From positions 512,001 to 576,000 of the forward strand of contig OZ241362.1 in NCBI GenBank assembly GCA_965200315.1: 64,000 nt of DNA. The letters are read 5' to 3'. Both the position numbers and the translations under genes were made by a program. Every line of letters begins with the position of its first letter. The first letter of the stretch is position 1. The notes under the pieces are model-generated. The model searched no databases. It was not told the DNA's origin and saw nothing but the letters and a program-made list of their open reading frames with translations. This document shows positions 47,323-57,980 of the stretch, one piece after another. This stretch comes from Candidatus Latescibacterota bacterium. GTDB taxonomy: Bacteria > Latescibacterota > UBA2968 > UBA8231.

Positions 47323-49559
47323 ACGCGCTTAAATTCAAGTGGTTTGGCTTCAAACGCCACAGTAATCAGCCCCAACCTTGGCACCCGCATGGCTCGCGGG
47401 TGTTCCACGTCGCCTTGGCAGGCTTAGTCATCGGCCTGCTCACCTATCTATCGCCTTACCAACGTCCCTACAACGTTGCTCAGCTACGCGTCGGCAGCGT
47501 CGCTCAAGAGCGCATCGAGGCTCCTTTTCTCTTTAACGTGCCCAAAAGCGATGCCGAATTGGAGCGCGAACGACAAGCAGCCAGCGCCGAGATACCCACT
47601 ATTTTGTACCGCGATCCCCTAATTCAGGAGCAGCAGCTAGCTCAGTTAGACTCGGTCTTTGCAGTAATGATTCCAAGGATCCGGGTCCAGATGGCCAACT
47701 CCTTCAAGCAACGCGAACTCCAACGCGTGCTCCCTCAAGTCGTAGGTTCGCTCTCGCTCGATGCGCTTTCGACCCTCATCGACCTCCTCTCCACAGCCAG
47801 TGAACCTTATGTACACGATTTCCAAGCCATCTGTCGGCAGATTCTGGCCAATTACTACACTGCGGGCATCATCGCCTCCAAACAACCGATCCTCCTAAGC
47901 CCTTCGACCCAAGTCCGCCTCGGAGATCGGGAACAGCACATAGAAACCCTCTATAGCGAAGAAAAGCTCAAACAAGGCGAATTAATCTCTCACATCCAAA
48001 CGTACCACACGATTGCCGACCGCAATGCCGTCCAAGCTGTACACGAGTTGTTAAGCCTCTTTGTAGTTCCCAATCTAACCATTGACGAGCCGGAGACCGC
48101 CCGCCTCAGGGACGCGGCGCGGCGTGGCGTGGCCAGCATCAAGCGGATCTATGCCCAAAACGACCTCATCATCGACAAAAATGCCACCGTCACCGAGGAG
48201 CACGTCGATGCACTCGACGCACTGGCCGCCCGCATCGCCCAAGATCAATCTCAGCATCCGATTAAGCGCCTGATTCAAGTGGCTGCGGCCGCGACGATTT
48301 CCGGACTCCTGATCTTCGTCTTCGGCTACTTCCTCGCCACGCACGAACGCGCTGTTTTTGACCATCCCGGCCAACTCTTCCTCTTAGCCATCCTGACCGC
48401 TGCCACAGCTATCGCGGCCTCCTATATCAAAACGCACGACCTTTCTCCCTACTGGGTGCCAATCCCTCTCGCCGCCATGCTAGCAACGATTCTGCTAACG
48501 CCACAAATTGGCTTAGTGCTCTCGTTTGTGCTCGCGCTTTTTGTCGGCAACCTCTTCGCCGACTTCTACGTAGTCATAATCTGCGCCCTAACAGCGGCCA
48601 TCGCCGTCTATGCGGTGAGACACGTGCGCCACCGCAATCAGTTCTACCGGCCCATGATCTTCCTGCCGATTTCTTACGCCTTGCTCATCGCGGCGGCGGA
48701 TTTATTGCGCTTCTTTCCGGTCGAACAGATATACGATCATATTCTGCCCGGGATTGTCATTGGAGCGGCCGCCCCCATCCTCACCATCGGCCTGCTGCCG
48801 ATCTTTGAAAGTCTCTTCCACATCACCACGGACATCACCCTGCTGGAACTATCGGATCCCAATCGGACCTTGCTCCGCCAATTGGCTGTCCGGGCACCGG
48901 GAACCTATACTCACAGCTTGATTATGGCCAACCTCTCCGAGAGCGCCGCCGAGGCCATTGCCGCTAATCCGCTCTTGGCCCGCGTCGGCTGTTATTACCA
49001 CGACATCGGCAAGGTGAACAAGCCAGAGTACTTCAGCGAAAATCAGGGACTGCAAGGTGGACGCAATCCCCATGATCGTCTGATGCCCTACCTGAGCATG
49101 CTCATCATCGCCTCGCACATCCGCGAGGGGCTCGAGTTGGCCGAGGAACACGGCCTTCCCCAATCTATTTGCGATCTGATCGCCCAGCACCATGGCACCA
49201 CCGTCATTGAGTACTTTTACGAGCGTGCCGTAGAATTGGGCGACCAAAGCGTGCGCGAGGAAGATTTTAGGTACCATGGTCCCAAGCCCCAGACCAAAGA
49301 GGCCGGCATCCTGATGTTGGCCGACTCGGTCGAAGCGGCGGCCCGCACCCTCGCCGAGCGCACTCCCAGCCGGATGCGCCAGTTAGTACACAAAATTATC
49401 CAGCAGAAATTCACCGCTGGCGAACTCGACGAGTGTGCGCTGACCCTGCGGGATTTGCTCAAAATAGAGGACAGCTTCATCCGCGTGCTGATGGGCGTCC
49501 TCCACAGCCGAATGGCATACCCTTGGCAGAAGGCCAATCGCAGATGGCAGACCGTCTAG
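47319..49559 (+). CDS. 7TM-HD phosphohydrolase (PgpH-like c-di-AMP phosphodiesterase family)
   Basis: Extracytoplasmic domain, multiple TMs, APGTYTHS...YYHDIGK...HHGT...LADSVEAA. Confidence 0.9.
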   Translation: MNALKFKWFGFKRHSNQPQPWHPHGSRVFHVALAGLVIGLLTYLSPYQRPYNVAQLRVGSVAQERIEAPFLFNVPKSDAELERERQAASAEIPTILYRDPLIQEQQLAQLDSVFAVMIPRIRVQMANSFKQRELQRVLPQVVGSLSLDALSTLIDLLSTASEPYVHDFQAICRQILANYYTAGIIASKQPILLSPSTQVRLGDREQHIETLYSEEKLKQGELISHIQTYHTIADRNAVQAVHELLSLFVVPNLTIDEPETARLRDAARRGVASIKRIYAQNDLIIDKNATVTEEHVDALDALAARIAQDQSQHPIKRLIQVAAAATISGLLIFVFGYFLATHERAVFDHPGQLFLLAILTAATAIAASYIKTHDLSPYWVPIPLAAMLATILLTPQIGLVLSFVLALFVGNLFADFYVVIICALTAAIAVYAVRHVRHRNQFYRPMIFLPISYALLIAAADLLRFFPVEQIYDHILPGIVIGAAAPILTIGLLPIFESLFHITTDITLLELSDPNRTLLRQLAVRAPGTYTHSLIMANLSESAAEAIAANPLLARVGCYYHDIGKVNKPEYFSENQGLQGGRNPHDRLMPYLSMLIIASHIREGLELAEEHGLPQSICDLIAQHHGTTVIEYFYERAVELGDQSVREEDFRYHGPKPQTKEAGILMLADSVEAAARTLAERTPSRMRQLVHKIIQQKFTAGELDECALTLRDLLKIEDSFIRVLMGVLHSRMAYPWQKANRRWQTV

Positions 49560-49996
49560 CTAGCCCCCTCCACATAGTCCAAGACACGGGCCTAGTCCCG
49601 CTGCCGGCAGACGCGCTTGCATCCCTACATCACGTCGCCGCGCAGGTCGCTTACGCCCACACACTGCCGGACGCGATCCAGCTAGTCCTCATCAACGACG
49701 ACGACATGAGCAATCTCAACACCACCTATCGCAGCAAGGAGGGCACCACGGACGTCCTGTCTTTCGATTTAGGAACCATACCGGGTCAGAACAGCAGCGG
49801 CGAAGTGTACATTTCGCTGCCCCAAGCGCAGCGACAAGCCGCGGCACTCAGCGTCTCTCCCTTAGTGGAGCTAGCTCGCCTGTTGGTACACGGCCTATTA
49901 CACCTAGCCGGCTGGATACACGACACACCTGAGCAGCTAGACGCTATGGAACGCGAAACAGACCACTTTCTCACCGCAGCCTCCCTCTCCCCCTAA
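49544..49996 (+). CDS. ybeY: rRNA maturation RNase YbeY
   Basis: LN..YR.K...TDVLSF, HGLLHLAGWIH. Confidence 0.92.
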   Translation: MADRLASPLHIVQDTGLVPLPADALASLHHVAAQVAYAHTLPDAIQLVLINDDDMSNLNTTYRSKEGTTDVLSFDLGTIPGQNSSGEVYISLPQAQRQAAALSVSPLVELARLLVHGLLHLAGWIHDTPEQLDAMERETDHFLTAASLSP

Positions 49997-50033
49997 GCGA
50001 CCTTGGCCGGCCGCTTTACCGAAAGGAGCCTTT

Positions 50034-51350
50034 TTGGAACCCCCGCAAGTTGACTTATCCTTGGTCGCATACGCCGCGCTGGTCGGCACAGTCAGCCTCG
50101 TCTGGCTCTTCGTGGTAGCCAGCTATGAGACAACCTTCGCCATTCTCTCCAAATCCGTGCTAGAGAAAATGGCCGAAAGCGGCGTATCCCATGCGTACGC
50201 CATGCTCCGCATCTACGAGCCGCGCCTGCGCCTGCGCCTGATGGCCCGCCTCGGTGAAGCCATCGGCGTCATCGTCCTCGCTCTCTTCCTGTTCTTTCTC
50301 TCACAGGCTCTCACCCTTCCGAGCTATATCTCCGCGGCCGTAGCCTTATTGGGTGCGCTAGGACTTTTTATGGTCGTGGCGACGCCGCGACGCATTCGCT
50401 TTGACGAAGAAGGCGACGAAGTACGCGTACCCATCGTCGCCTTAGCCTATGTGCCGGTACACGCTCTGCTCCTCCCCTTGACCAACCTCCTCGAGCTTCT
50501 CAGCAGCTTCGATTACAGCGACGAGGACTTCCGCGCGGAAAAGGAAGAAGAACTGCGTAGCATCGTCGAGTCAGAAGGCGAATCTGGCGTCCTAGAAGAA
50601 GGCGAGCGCGAGATGATTGAGGGCGTTTTTGGTTTCCACGACCGCATCGTCCGCGAAGTCATGATCCCCCGCGTCGATGTGGTTGCCATCGACCAATCGG
50701 CCTACTTGAAAGACTTGATCGATCTCATCCGGGACAAAGGGCACTCGCGCCTGCCCATTTACCGAGAAAGCCTCGACCACATCCAAGGGATCGTGTACGC
50801 CAAAGACCTGCTGCAGATATTGGTGTCCCATCCCGAAATCGATCTAGCGACGCCGATAAATCAACTACTGACCAGCCAGCAAGAGGACAATCTACGTTTT
50901 ACCCATGATCCTTATTACATCCCTGAGACCAAGAAAATCGACATCCTGCTCAACGACTTGAGAGCCAACAAAATTCGTCTCGCCATCGTCCTCGACGAAT
51001 ACGGCGGCACGGCTGGCTTGGTCACCACCGAAGACCTCGTCGAGGAAATCGTCGGGGAAATCCAAGACGAGTACGACGAAGAAGAAGCATTGCACCACTG
51101 GGAGGTCCCCGGCGAAATACTCATCGCCAATGCCCGCATCGACATAGACGATCTCAACAAGTTGCTTTCCACCGATCTGCCGAGGACGGGCTTTGAAACC
51201 CTCGGGGGATTTATCTACGACCACTTGGGGAGCATTCCCGCGGAGGGCTTAGCCTTCAAGGTAAACGATCTAGCGCTCGACATCCTCAAGGTGGAGGGCC
51301 AGCGCATCGCCCATGTCAAACTCCGGCGCTTGACACCCGTCGGCCATTGA
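50034..51350 (+). CDS. Hemolysin/CorC family CNNM-CBS-CorC protein
   Basis: N-terminal TMs, VREVMIPR, HSRLPIY, DEYGGTAGLVTTED, ETLGG. Confidence 0.92.
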   Translation: MEPPQVDLSLVAYAALVGTVSLVWLFVVASYETTFAILSKSVLEKMAESGVSHAYAMLRIYEPRLRLRLMARLGEAIGVIVLALFLFFLSQALTLPSYISAAVALLGALGLFMVVATPRRIRFDEEGDEVRVPIVALAYVPVHALLLPLTNLLELLSSFDYSDEDFRAEKEEELRSIVESEGESGVLEEGEREMIEGVFGFHDRIVREVMIPRVDVVAIDQSAYLKDLIDLIRDKGHSRLPIYRESLDHIQGIVYAKDLLQILVSHPEIDLATPINQLLTSQQEDNLRFTHDPYYIPETKKIDILLNDLRANKIRLAIVLDEYGGTAGLVTTEDLVEEIVGEIQDEYDEEEALHHWEVPGEILIANARIDIDDLNKLLSTDLPRTGFETLGGFIYDHLGSIPAEGLAFKVNDLALDILKVEGQRIAHVKLRRLTPVGH

Positions 51351-51355
51351 GAGGG

Positions 51356-51384
51356 TTGCGCCCGCCTGCCCCATCCTTTATATT
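51356..51384 (+). promoter_or_regulatory. Putative promoter of tRNA-fMet
   Basis: TTGCGC-17 bp-TATATT ending 11 nt before the tRNA. Confidence 0.55.
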
Positions 51385-51395
51385 ACATAGCTTGT

Positions 51396-51472
<77 letters not shown>

Positions 51473-51476
51473 CCTT

Positions 51477-51508
51477 TCAGGGAGCCGCAAGCGGCTCCCT
51501 GATTTTTT
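51477..51508 (+). terminator. Intrinsic terminator after tRNA-fMet
   Basis: TCAGGGAGCCGC-AA-GCGGCTCCCTGA-TTTTTT. Confidence 0.88.
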
Positions 51509-51510
51509 CT

Positions 51511-51837
51511 ATGCCTATCTACAATAAGGTTCCCGACAATCCCACCACTGCTCCGGCCGAGCGCATCCGCCTCGACGAGCGCTTCGTATCCTTGCTCGTC
51601 GCCGAAGACGCCCAAGATCGCCTTGAAGCCCAAGAGTTGCGCCAGCTCGTCCATCGCGCCCTCCAATCCCTTTCCGACGACGAGATGCGCGTTATTCAAC
51701 TCCGCTATCAATACAAAAAATCGCCCGGACAAGTCGCAGCGCGCCTAGGCATTTCTCGCGACGCAATGGCTGCGCTTGAGCAGAACGGGTTAGAAAAATT
51801 GCGCCAAGGGCTCGCGGATTGGCACCGAGGCATCTGA
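51511..51837 (+). CDS. Stand-alone sigma-70 region 4 (HTH) protein
   Basis: ALQSLSDDEMRVIQLRY...SPGQVAARLGIS...LEKLR; no region 2. Confidence 0.7.
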   Translation: MPIYNKVPDNPTTAPAERIRLDERFVSLLVAEDAQDRLEAQELRQLVHRALQSLSDDEMRVIQLRYQYKKSPGQVAARLGISRDAMAALEQNGLEKLRQGLADWHRGI

Positions 51838-51838
51838 A

Positions 51839-53350
51839 TTGCAGCAGTGGCTCTTTCCCCTGCTGGCCCCGGCCCTACTCTCGGGCCTGCTCTTCGTAGT
51901 TAGCATCCCCAAATTCGATCAGTATTACCTCGCTTGGATTTGTCTGCTGCCGCTTTTTTTCGCTCGAAACTGGCTGCCAGCCCAAAGCCACCTCGCCCTC
52001 GGGCTGGTCACTGGCATCGTCTGGGCTACCGGGCGCACGTACTGGATTACCGAGACCTTGCAATTGTACGGTGCTCTGTCCTTGGCGACCGCCGCAGCGA
52101 CGAATGCGCTGCTCATTTTATACATGGCCTTGTATCTGGCCTGTTTTGTCGCGGTGTGCCGCCGCCTAAACTTTTCTTCCCCTCTCTTTGCTTGGTCGGC
52201 GGCTAGCATCTGGGTCCTTTTAGAGTGGATGCAAAACTGGATGTTGAGCGGCTTTCCTTGGCAACTCTTGGGCTATTCGCAATACCTCAACCTGCCCTTT
52301 CTACAGTGGGCTACCATCACCGGCGTCTACGGCTTGAGCTTTCTCATCGTCCTATTCAACGCCGCGTTGGCCCAAGCCCTCTCGCACCGCGCCTTCATTC
52401 CCTATCTGAGCTTGCCTCTTCTCCTGCTGGTCGCCGTTCATCTATGGGGATTCTATCGGCTACACGACGCGCCGGATCCGCCCGCCACCCTGAAGGTCGG
52501 CGTCGTTCAAGGCAATATCCCCCAAGACCGCAAGTGGAAGGTGGATCGGCTGGCTTGGACGGCTCAGCACTACGCTGCACTCACCCGAGACTTGGCAGCC
52601 GCGGAAAAACCAAAGCTGATCATCTACCCCGAGACGGCTCTGCCGCTCTATTTTGGCGACCCCTTATACGCGGCCTATGTCGATTCGATAACAGCCCTAG
52701 CGCCGGAGCTAGATACGCCCATGCTGGTGGGCAGCCTTAAGGGGGATTCGCAAAATCGCACGGCACCGGTCTATAACCGGGCCTTCCTGCTCAATGCTCA
52801 AGGGAAAGTAGTCGATTACGCCGACAAGGTACACTTGGTGCCTTTTGGCGAGTTTCTGCCCTTCCCAGCCATCTTTCAGTATTTGGGAGGGCTTACGGCC
52901 GAGAGCGGCATCTTCGCCCACGGGGCAAGGCACAAAGTACTGCGCCTTCCGCACAGTGCCACCTCATTCGGGGTCTTTATTTGCTACGAGTCCATCTTCC
53001 CGGAAATCACCCGTACGCTGATGGCTCAAGACCCGGACTTTCTGGTCAACACCACCAACGACGCTTGGTTTGGCACCACCGCGGCCCCGCAGCAACACTT
53101 TGCGCAGGTCGTCTTGCGGGCCGTAGAAGGTGGGCGGGCCGTCGTCCGCGCCGCCAATACCGGCATTTCCGGCTTAATCGAACCGAGCGGGCGCATTGCC
53201 TATCGCACGCCGCTTTTCGCCACGGTGGGCTTTGCCCTAGACGTGCCCCTGCACCGAGAACAGACGATTTACGCACACTGGGGGGACTGGCCGCTCTTGC
53301 TCTGCGCCCTCGCGCTAACGCTGGCTGCTGCACGCAAAATTTGGAATTAG
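51839..53350 (+). CDS. lnt: Apolipoprotein N-acyltransferase
   Basis: GFPW.LLGYSQ, VQGNI, YPE, KVHLVPFGE, ICYESIF, TNDAWFG, RAANTGIS. Confidence 0.95.
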   Translation: MQQWLFPLLAPALLSGLLFVVSIPKFDQYYLAWICLLPLFFARNWLPAQSHLALGLVTGIVWATGRTYWITETLQLYGALSLATAAATNALLILYMALYLACFVAVCRRLNFSSPLFAWSAASIWVLLEWMQNWMLSGFPWQLLGYSQYLNLPFLQWATITGVYGLSFLIVLFNAALAQALSHRAFIPYLSLPLLLLVAVHLWGFYRLHDAPDPPATLKVGVVQGNIPQDRKWKVDRLAWTAQHYAALTRDLAAAEKPKLIIYPETALPLYFGDPLYAAYVDSITALAPELDTPMLVGSLKGDSQNRTAPVYNRAFLLNAQGKVVDYADKVHLVPFGEFLPFPAIFQYLGGLTAESGIFAHGARHKVLRLPHSATSFGVFICYESIFPEITRTLMAQDPDFLVNTTNDAWFGTTAAPQQHFAQVVLRAVEGGRAVVRAANTGISGLIEPSGRIAYRTPLFATVGFALDVPLHREQTIYAHWGDWPLLLCALALTLAAARKIWN

Positions 53351-54129
53351 GAATCGCGACTGAATATTACCGGACAATGCGTCGGGTCGTCGATAAAAGC
53401 CGTCAGGCCCTCCCGCTTGTCGTCCACCGGGCGAGATCGCTCGGAGCGCATGTGAACGGCCAAGCTCCGCCGCGGCCCCGCAGCATGATTGGGACCGCTG
53501 CCGTGTAGCGTCAGGCAGTGGTGAAAGCTCACGCCCCCTTTGGGCAGAGTCGCCGCTACTTCCACCCACTCGCCGCGAGCCAGCGCGGCCAGCTCTTGCT
53601 TCTGCTCGACTAGGTCTTGGCCGAAGAAATCGCTGCCCGGCAGCAATCCCCACTGGTGAGAGCCGCGCACAAAGTGCATCGGCCCGTCCGCCGAGCTGAC
53701 CTCGCTCAAGGCGATCCAAGCTGTAAACAGCTCACTGCCCTCTTCCCAAGCCCCCCAGTAGTTGCGGTCTTGATGCCATCCCACATGGGTTCCGCTAGAC
53801 TCTGCACCCGCAACCGGAGGCTTGTACAGCAACTGCATCCACCAAACTTGGACCCACTCGGCCCCACAGACTTCAGCGGCCAACGCCCCGAGGGCCGGAT
53901 GTTTGATCAGGTCCATAATAGCCCGATTGGCGATGTGCGGCTTTTCAATTTTGCACAGCCGCTGCGGTTCGTCGCCCGGCTGCCAAGCCGAGGGGCGAGG
54001 CGGCACCCCGGTATCGTACTCGCCCCGCCGCACCGCATCCATGCCCGCCACCGCGCGATCAACGGCGTCTGATGGCCATAAGGCCGCGTCGTGGATGTAA
54101 AACCCATCCCGCATATAGGTTTCGCGCAT
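53347..54129 (-). CDS. Phytanoyl-CoA dioxygenase (PhyH) family protein
   Basis: VGWHQD, FVRGSH, HHCLTLHGSGPN...RR. Confidence 0.9.
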   Translation of the reverse strand: MRETYMRDGFYIHDAALWPSDAVDRAVAGMDAVRRGEYDTGVPPRPSAWQPGDEPQRLCKIEKPHIANRAIMDLIKHPALGALAAEVCGAEWVQVWWMQLLYKPPVAGAESSGTHVGWHQDRNYWGAWEEGSELFTAWIALSEVSSADGPMHFVRGSHQWGLLPGSDFFGQDLVEQKQELAALARGEWVEVAATLPKGGVSFHHCLTLHGSGPNHAAGPRRSLAVHMRSERSRPVDDKREGLTAFIDDPTHCPVIFSRDS

Positions 54130-54143
54130 CGGCCCCGTTCCTC

Positions 54144-55250
54144 CTAAACCGGACAAGCGGGAATATCGACCCACCGCCGCTCGGCTGCGGCTTGGAGAAT
54201 GGAGTCGGCAACGGCCTGTGCCCGCATCCCGTGATAAAACGAAGGTACGCAATCGCGTCCCTCGCGGATGGCGCTGACGAATTCCCAAGCTTGGTCATAG
54301 CGAAAAGTCTGCACGGGATCGCCAACGGACGGATCGCGCGGAGCATTGGACCGCTTGAGGAACTCGGCGGGCACGGGCTGGCTCTGATAGGGTTCGCCGC
54401 GGGGCGCGAAGAGCACCTCGTGTGGCGTGTGCAGGCGATAGACGACCGAAGCATCCTCCCCGTTGAGTTCGGCCAAGTCGTGGTCGCCCTTTGGGCCGTA
54501 GCCCTTGCTTAGCTTGCCCATCTCGAAAACGCCCGTGGTGCCGCTTTTGAACTCGGCGATCCACGCGATCCAATCTTCCACATCCTGCGGTGGACACGGC
54601 TGGCCTTCGCGAGTCTCAGCTCTCGGCACCAACTGCTTGGCCGCGCTGCACACGGCCTCTATCGGCCCCAGCAGATCTTCGGCAAAATCAATGCGGTGAA
54701 TACCCATATCGCCCAGTTCGCCCGACCCGGCGTAGCGCTTGTATTGCCGCCAGCCAATGGCGCACTCTCCCCAGTCTTGCAGGCGCTGGAAACGGGCGTG
54801 GCGAATCGCCCCTAAGGCCTCGGTCTGCACCAAGTGGCGGATGTAGTTCATGGCCGGTACAAAGCGATAGGTAAATGCCGTCATGTGACGACGCCCCGAC
54901 GCCTTGCCCTTAGCGTATATTTCCTCGGTTTGAGCAAAGTCCATACCTAGGGGCTTCTCGCACAGCACGTGGCAGCCAGCGTCTAAGGCTTGGACGATCA
55001 GCTCGTAGTGATAGACGTTGGGCACGGCGATGCAGACCGCATCCGGAGCCACTGCATCTAAGAGCGCCTCCAGCCGGTCAAAAGCATCAGCAATACCCCA
55101 CTCGGCCTGCCGCTCTTGCCGCAACGCCTCGTCTGGCTCGCAGATCCCAGCGAGCTCGACCCCGGGAATCAACCGCAACCCTGGATAGTGTACCCCCGCA
55201 CAGACGCCGCCTGTGCCCACCAGCCCTACGCGCAGTGCATTTTGGTTCAT
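54144..55250 (-). CDS. Gfo/Idh/MocA family oxidoreductase
   Basis: VGTGG, HVLCEKP, GELGDMGIHRID. Confidence 0.9.
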   Translation of the reverse strand: MNQNALRVGLVGTGGVCAGVHYPGLRLIPGVELAGICEPDEALRQERQAEWGIADAFDRLEALLDAVAPDAVCIAVPNVYHYELIVQALDAGCHVLCEKPLGMDFAQTEEIYAKGKASGRRHMTAFTYRFVPAMNYIRHLVQTEALGAIRHARFQRLQDWGECAIGWRQYKRYAGSGELGDMGIHRIDFAEDLLGPIEAVCSAAKQLVPRAETREGQPCPPQDVEDWIAWIAEFKSGTTGVFEMGKLSKGYGPKGDHDLAELNGEDASVVYRLHTPHEVLFAPRGEPYQSQPVPAEFLKRSNAPRDPSVGDPVQTFRYDQAWEFVSAIREGRDCVPSFYHGMRAQAVADSILQAAAERRWVDIPACPV

Positions 55251-56176
55251 ACGACCTCTTTCATTTGCATTTGTATTTGCCTCTCTGTCTCAGCCAGCTT
55301 ATCGACGAGCGCGTGCAGCCTCGGCAGATCATCAGCAGCCACGTCCTCGGCAAAAGGCACCACCGGCCCTCCAGCCAGCCCGAACCGCTCCATAGCTGCG
55401 TGCAGGGCCGAGCCACTATAGCGCGCCGCCCGCTCACCGCGCAGATCTTCAAACGGCACCATCTGCTGCCGAATCTCCTCCGCCCCGGCGCAGTCCCCCG
55501 CGGCAAAGCACTCTAGGAGCGTCAGGCTCATGCCGGGAACGAAGTTGGCCATCCCCGAGCTAAACCCAACCGCGCCGACGGCCATATAGTCGATACAGGG
55601 ATCCTCGGCCATGCCGCAGACCATGGCCGCGTCCTCCCCAGCACCAGCGACGATCCGCTGGAACGCCTCTAAGTCGTCAACGGCGTATTTGAGTCCCACC
55701 ACCTCGTCTAACTTACACAGTGCCACTACTTGCTCGACCGGCATGATATCCAGACGGCGCTGATACAGTATCGTGGGCAACCGGGTCTTCTCGGCAATGT
55801 CGCGCAGGCCGACGGCAACGCCCCCGGCCGTGGCCGGCCCGACGATGGGCATAATCATCACCCCGGCGACGCCCAAAGAGCGGGCGATCCGCCCCATCTC
55901 CAGTGCCCGACCATACCCCGGCCCGATCCCCGGCACCACCAACGCCTCTCCGGCGGCCGCCTCCACAAAAGCCCCAACGACAGCCTCGTATTCGTCCAAG
56001 GTCATATCGTACACCAGCCCGGTGCCACACGCTGGCATAATAAAATCGACGCCCCGCTCACAGAGGAAGCGCACATTGCGGCCAATCCCCGCCAAGTCAA
56101 GGCCCCGTTCCGCATCGCGGGGCGTGATCGCCACAACCAGCACGTTGTGGCACTGTTCTTTTTGCAACATCTGCAT
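55247..56176 (-). CDS. DHDPS-family protein, 5-dehydro-4-deoxyglucarate dehydratase-like
   Basis: ITP, CGTG, LYQR, GLKYA, GFSSGMANF. Confidence 0.82.
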   Translation of the reverse strand: MQMLQKEQCHNVLVVAITPRDAERGLDLAGIGRNVRFLCERGVDFIMPACGTGLVYDMTLDEYEAVVGAFVEAAAGEALVVPGIGPGYGRALEMGRIARSLGVAGVMIMPIVGPATAGGVAVGLRDIAEKTRLPTILYQRRLDIMPVEQVVALCKLDEVVGLKYAVDDLEAFQRIVAGAGEDAAMVCGMAEDPCIDYMAVGAVGFSSGMANFVPGMSLTLLECFAAGDCAGAEEIRQQMVPFEDLRGERAARYSGSALHAAMERFGLAGGPVVPFAEDVAADDLPRLHALVDKLAETERQIQMQMKEVV

Positions 56177-56194
56177 ACTATTCTCCTTTATCTG

Positions 56195-56566
56195 CTAGGC
56201 CCAAACGGTCTCGGTGGAGGTTGTGGCGTGTTTATTGTAGTGCTCCATGTAGTCCTCGCGCGGCGGACTGAAGATGTCGAGGATCTTGGCTGGTCCCTCT
56301 TCGACGACCCCCCAGTGGACCACATTAGGCGGAATTAAGAAGGCATCGCCCGGGCCGGTGACGCGCTCCTCTGATCCAATGCGAAAGCGGAAACGCCCAG
56401 CGAGCACCAAGCCGGCCTGCTCGTGCGGATGGCTGTGCTCGGGCACTTCGCAGCCTTCTTCCATGTCCAAAAATGAAAGCATCAACCGCTCGCCAGCCAC
56501 CAAGCCGCTGTTGATTTGGGGAAAAAGCTCCACGGCCGCCAAATTTGCGGGATTGATAAAGGGCAT
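56195..56566 (-). CDS. Cupin domain protein (KdgF-like)
   Basis: HSHPHEQ, IPPNVVH, LDIFSPPREDY. Confidence 0.88.
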   Translation of the reverse strand: MPFINPANLAAVELFPQINSGLVAGERLMLSFLDMEEGCEVPEHSHPHEQAGLVLAGRFRFRIGSEERVTGPGDAFLIPPNVVHWGVVEEGPAKILDIFSPPREDYMEHYNKHATTSTETVWA

Positions 56567-56648
56567 AGTCTCCTCCTATTTCAAACTAATCGTTGGAATC
56601 TTGGGCAACCGCGGTCGCCACGGCCATCGGCTGGCTTTTCAGCACGGG

Positions 56649-57980
56649 TCATTCGACAAAGCTCCGCAACCAAGCATCGCCGCGATAGCGCGGCCACAGC
56701 GTAACAAAGCGGCCCACCATCAGGCCGCTATAGGCCATCCAAGCACCGGCTAGCTCCCAATCCAACCAGTATATAAAAACCAACGCCGCCGGCAAAAATA
56801 CCCCAAAGCTCGCCAGCACCATAGCCTTGAACAGGTATCCCATGTCGCTAGCACCAATAAAAATTCCGTCAAAGACGAAGACCACGGCGTTCAACGGTTG
56901 AATCAGCGCGATGAGCACATAGAGCGCACCAACCTGTTCTACAACTTCCCGATGCGGAGTAAATAGCGCGGCAATAGGCTCCAAGGCCACAAAGTAAGCC
57001 AAGCCAAACCCCGCTCCCAAACCCAAACCCCAGCCGATGATCCGCCAAGCGATCTGCCGGGCCTCGGCGAAGAGGTGCGCTCCTAGACAGCGGCCAACCA
57101 GCGTCTCGGCCGCGTGGGCAAAACCGTCCACGGCGAAGCTAGTCAGCCCCCAGACCTGCAAAATCACGGCGTTGGCTGCCAGCGGTGCTTCGCCCATCCG
57201 CGAAACCATGCCGAGCGTGAAAAAACCGGCAAATTGCAGACATAGGGTGCGGCCAAAGAGAAAGGCGTTGGTCTGCATCAAGTGCTTCATCGCGCACAAA
57301 TCCCACAGCCTTGTAGGCCACTCCCGCAGATAGGAGCGGTAGCGGGAGAACAACCAAAAAACCCCAGTAGCCAACGCCGCCACATTGCCCAGCACAGACG
57401 CCCAAGCCGCCCCTTCGACACCGAGCTTGGGAGCACCCAACTTGCCGTAGATAAGCGCGTAGTCCGCGCCGATGTTGACCAAGTTGGCAACGGTCATAAC
57501 CCAGAGGGGTGCTATGACATTGGCGGTCCCGAGAAAAAAGCCGTTGAGCGTCATAATGCTCAGGGCCAAGGGTGCTTCCCACACCCGGATGGCGAAGTAG
57601 CGTATGCCCCAGTGCTGAACTTGCACAGACCCGCCGGCCAACTCAAACCCAATCCGGCTGATCCAGCCACCGGCCGCCACTATCCCCATGCCGAGGCAGA
57701 CGGCCACAATAAGCGAGCGGTAGAGTACCCCCGCGCTCTGCCGTCGATCTCCTGCCCCGCTGTACTGGGCTACCAGTGCCGTGGTCCCCATCCGCAGAAA
57801 GGCCAGGCACCAGAATATGCCATTGAAGATCAAACTCGCCGTAGAGACCGCGCCCATAAAAGCCACTTCCGGCAAATGGCCGATCATCGCAGTGTCGGCA
57901 ATGCCGATCAGCGGCGTAGATAGGGCAGTAAGGATACTGGGGACGGCGAGACTAAGAATCCGGCGGTCGAGTGAATTCAA
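56649..57980 (-). CDS. MATE family efflux transporter (DinF-like)
   Basis: PLIGIADTAMIGH, FLRMGTT, GVEGAAWAS, FVFDGIFIG. Confidence 0.92.
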   Translation of the reverse strand: MNSLDRRILSLAVPSILTALSTPLIGIADTAMIGHLPEVAFMGAVSTASLIFNGIFWCLAFLRMGTTALVAQYSGAGDRRQSAGVLYRSLIVAVCLGMGIVAAGGWISRIGFELAGGSVQVQHWGIRYFAIRVWEAPLALSIMTLNGFFLGTANVIAPLWVMTVANLVNIGADYALIYGKLGAPKLGVEGAAWASVLGNVAALATGVFWLFSRYRSYLREWPTRLWDLCAMKHLMQTNAFLFGRTLCLQFAGFFTLGMVSRMGEAPLAANAVILQVWGLTSFAVDGFAHAAETLVGRCLGAHLFAEARQIAWRIIGWGLGLGAGFGLAYFVALEPIAALFTPHREVVEQVGALYVLIALIQPLNAVVFVFDGIFIGASDMGYLFKAMVLASFGVFLPAALVFIYWLDWELAGAWMAYSGLMVGRFVTLWPRYRGDAWLRSFVE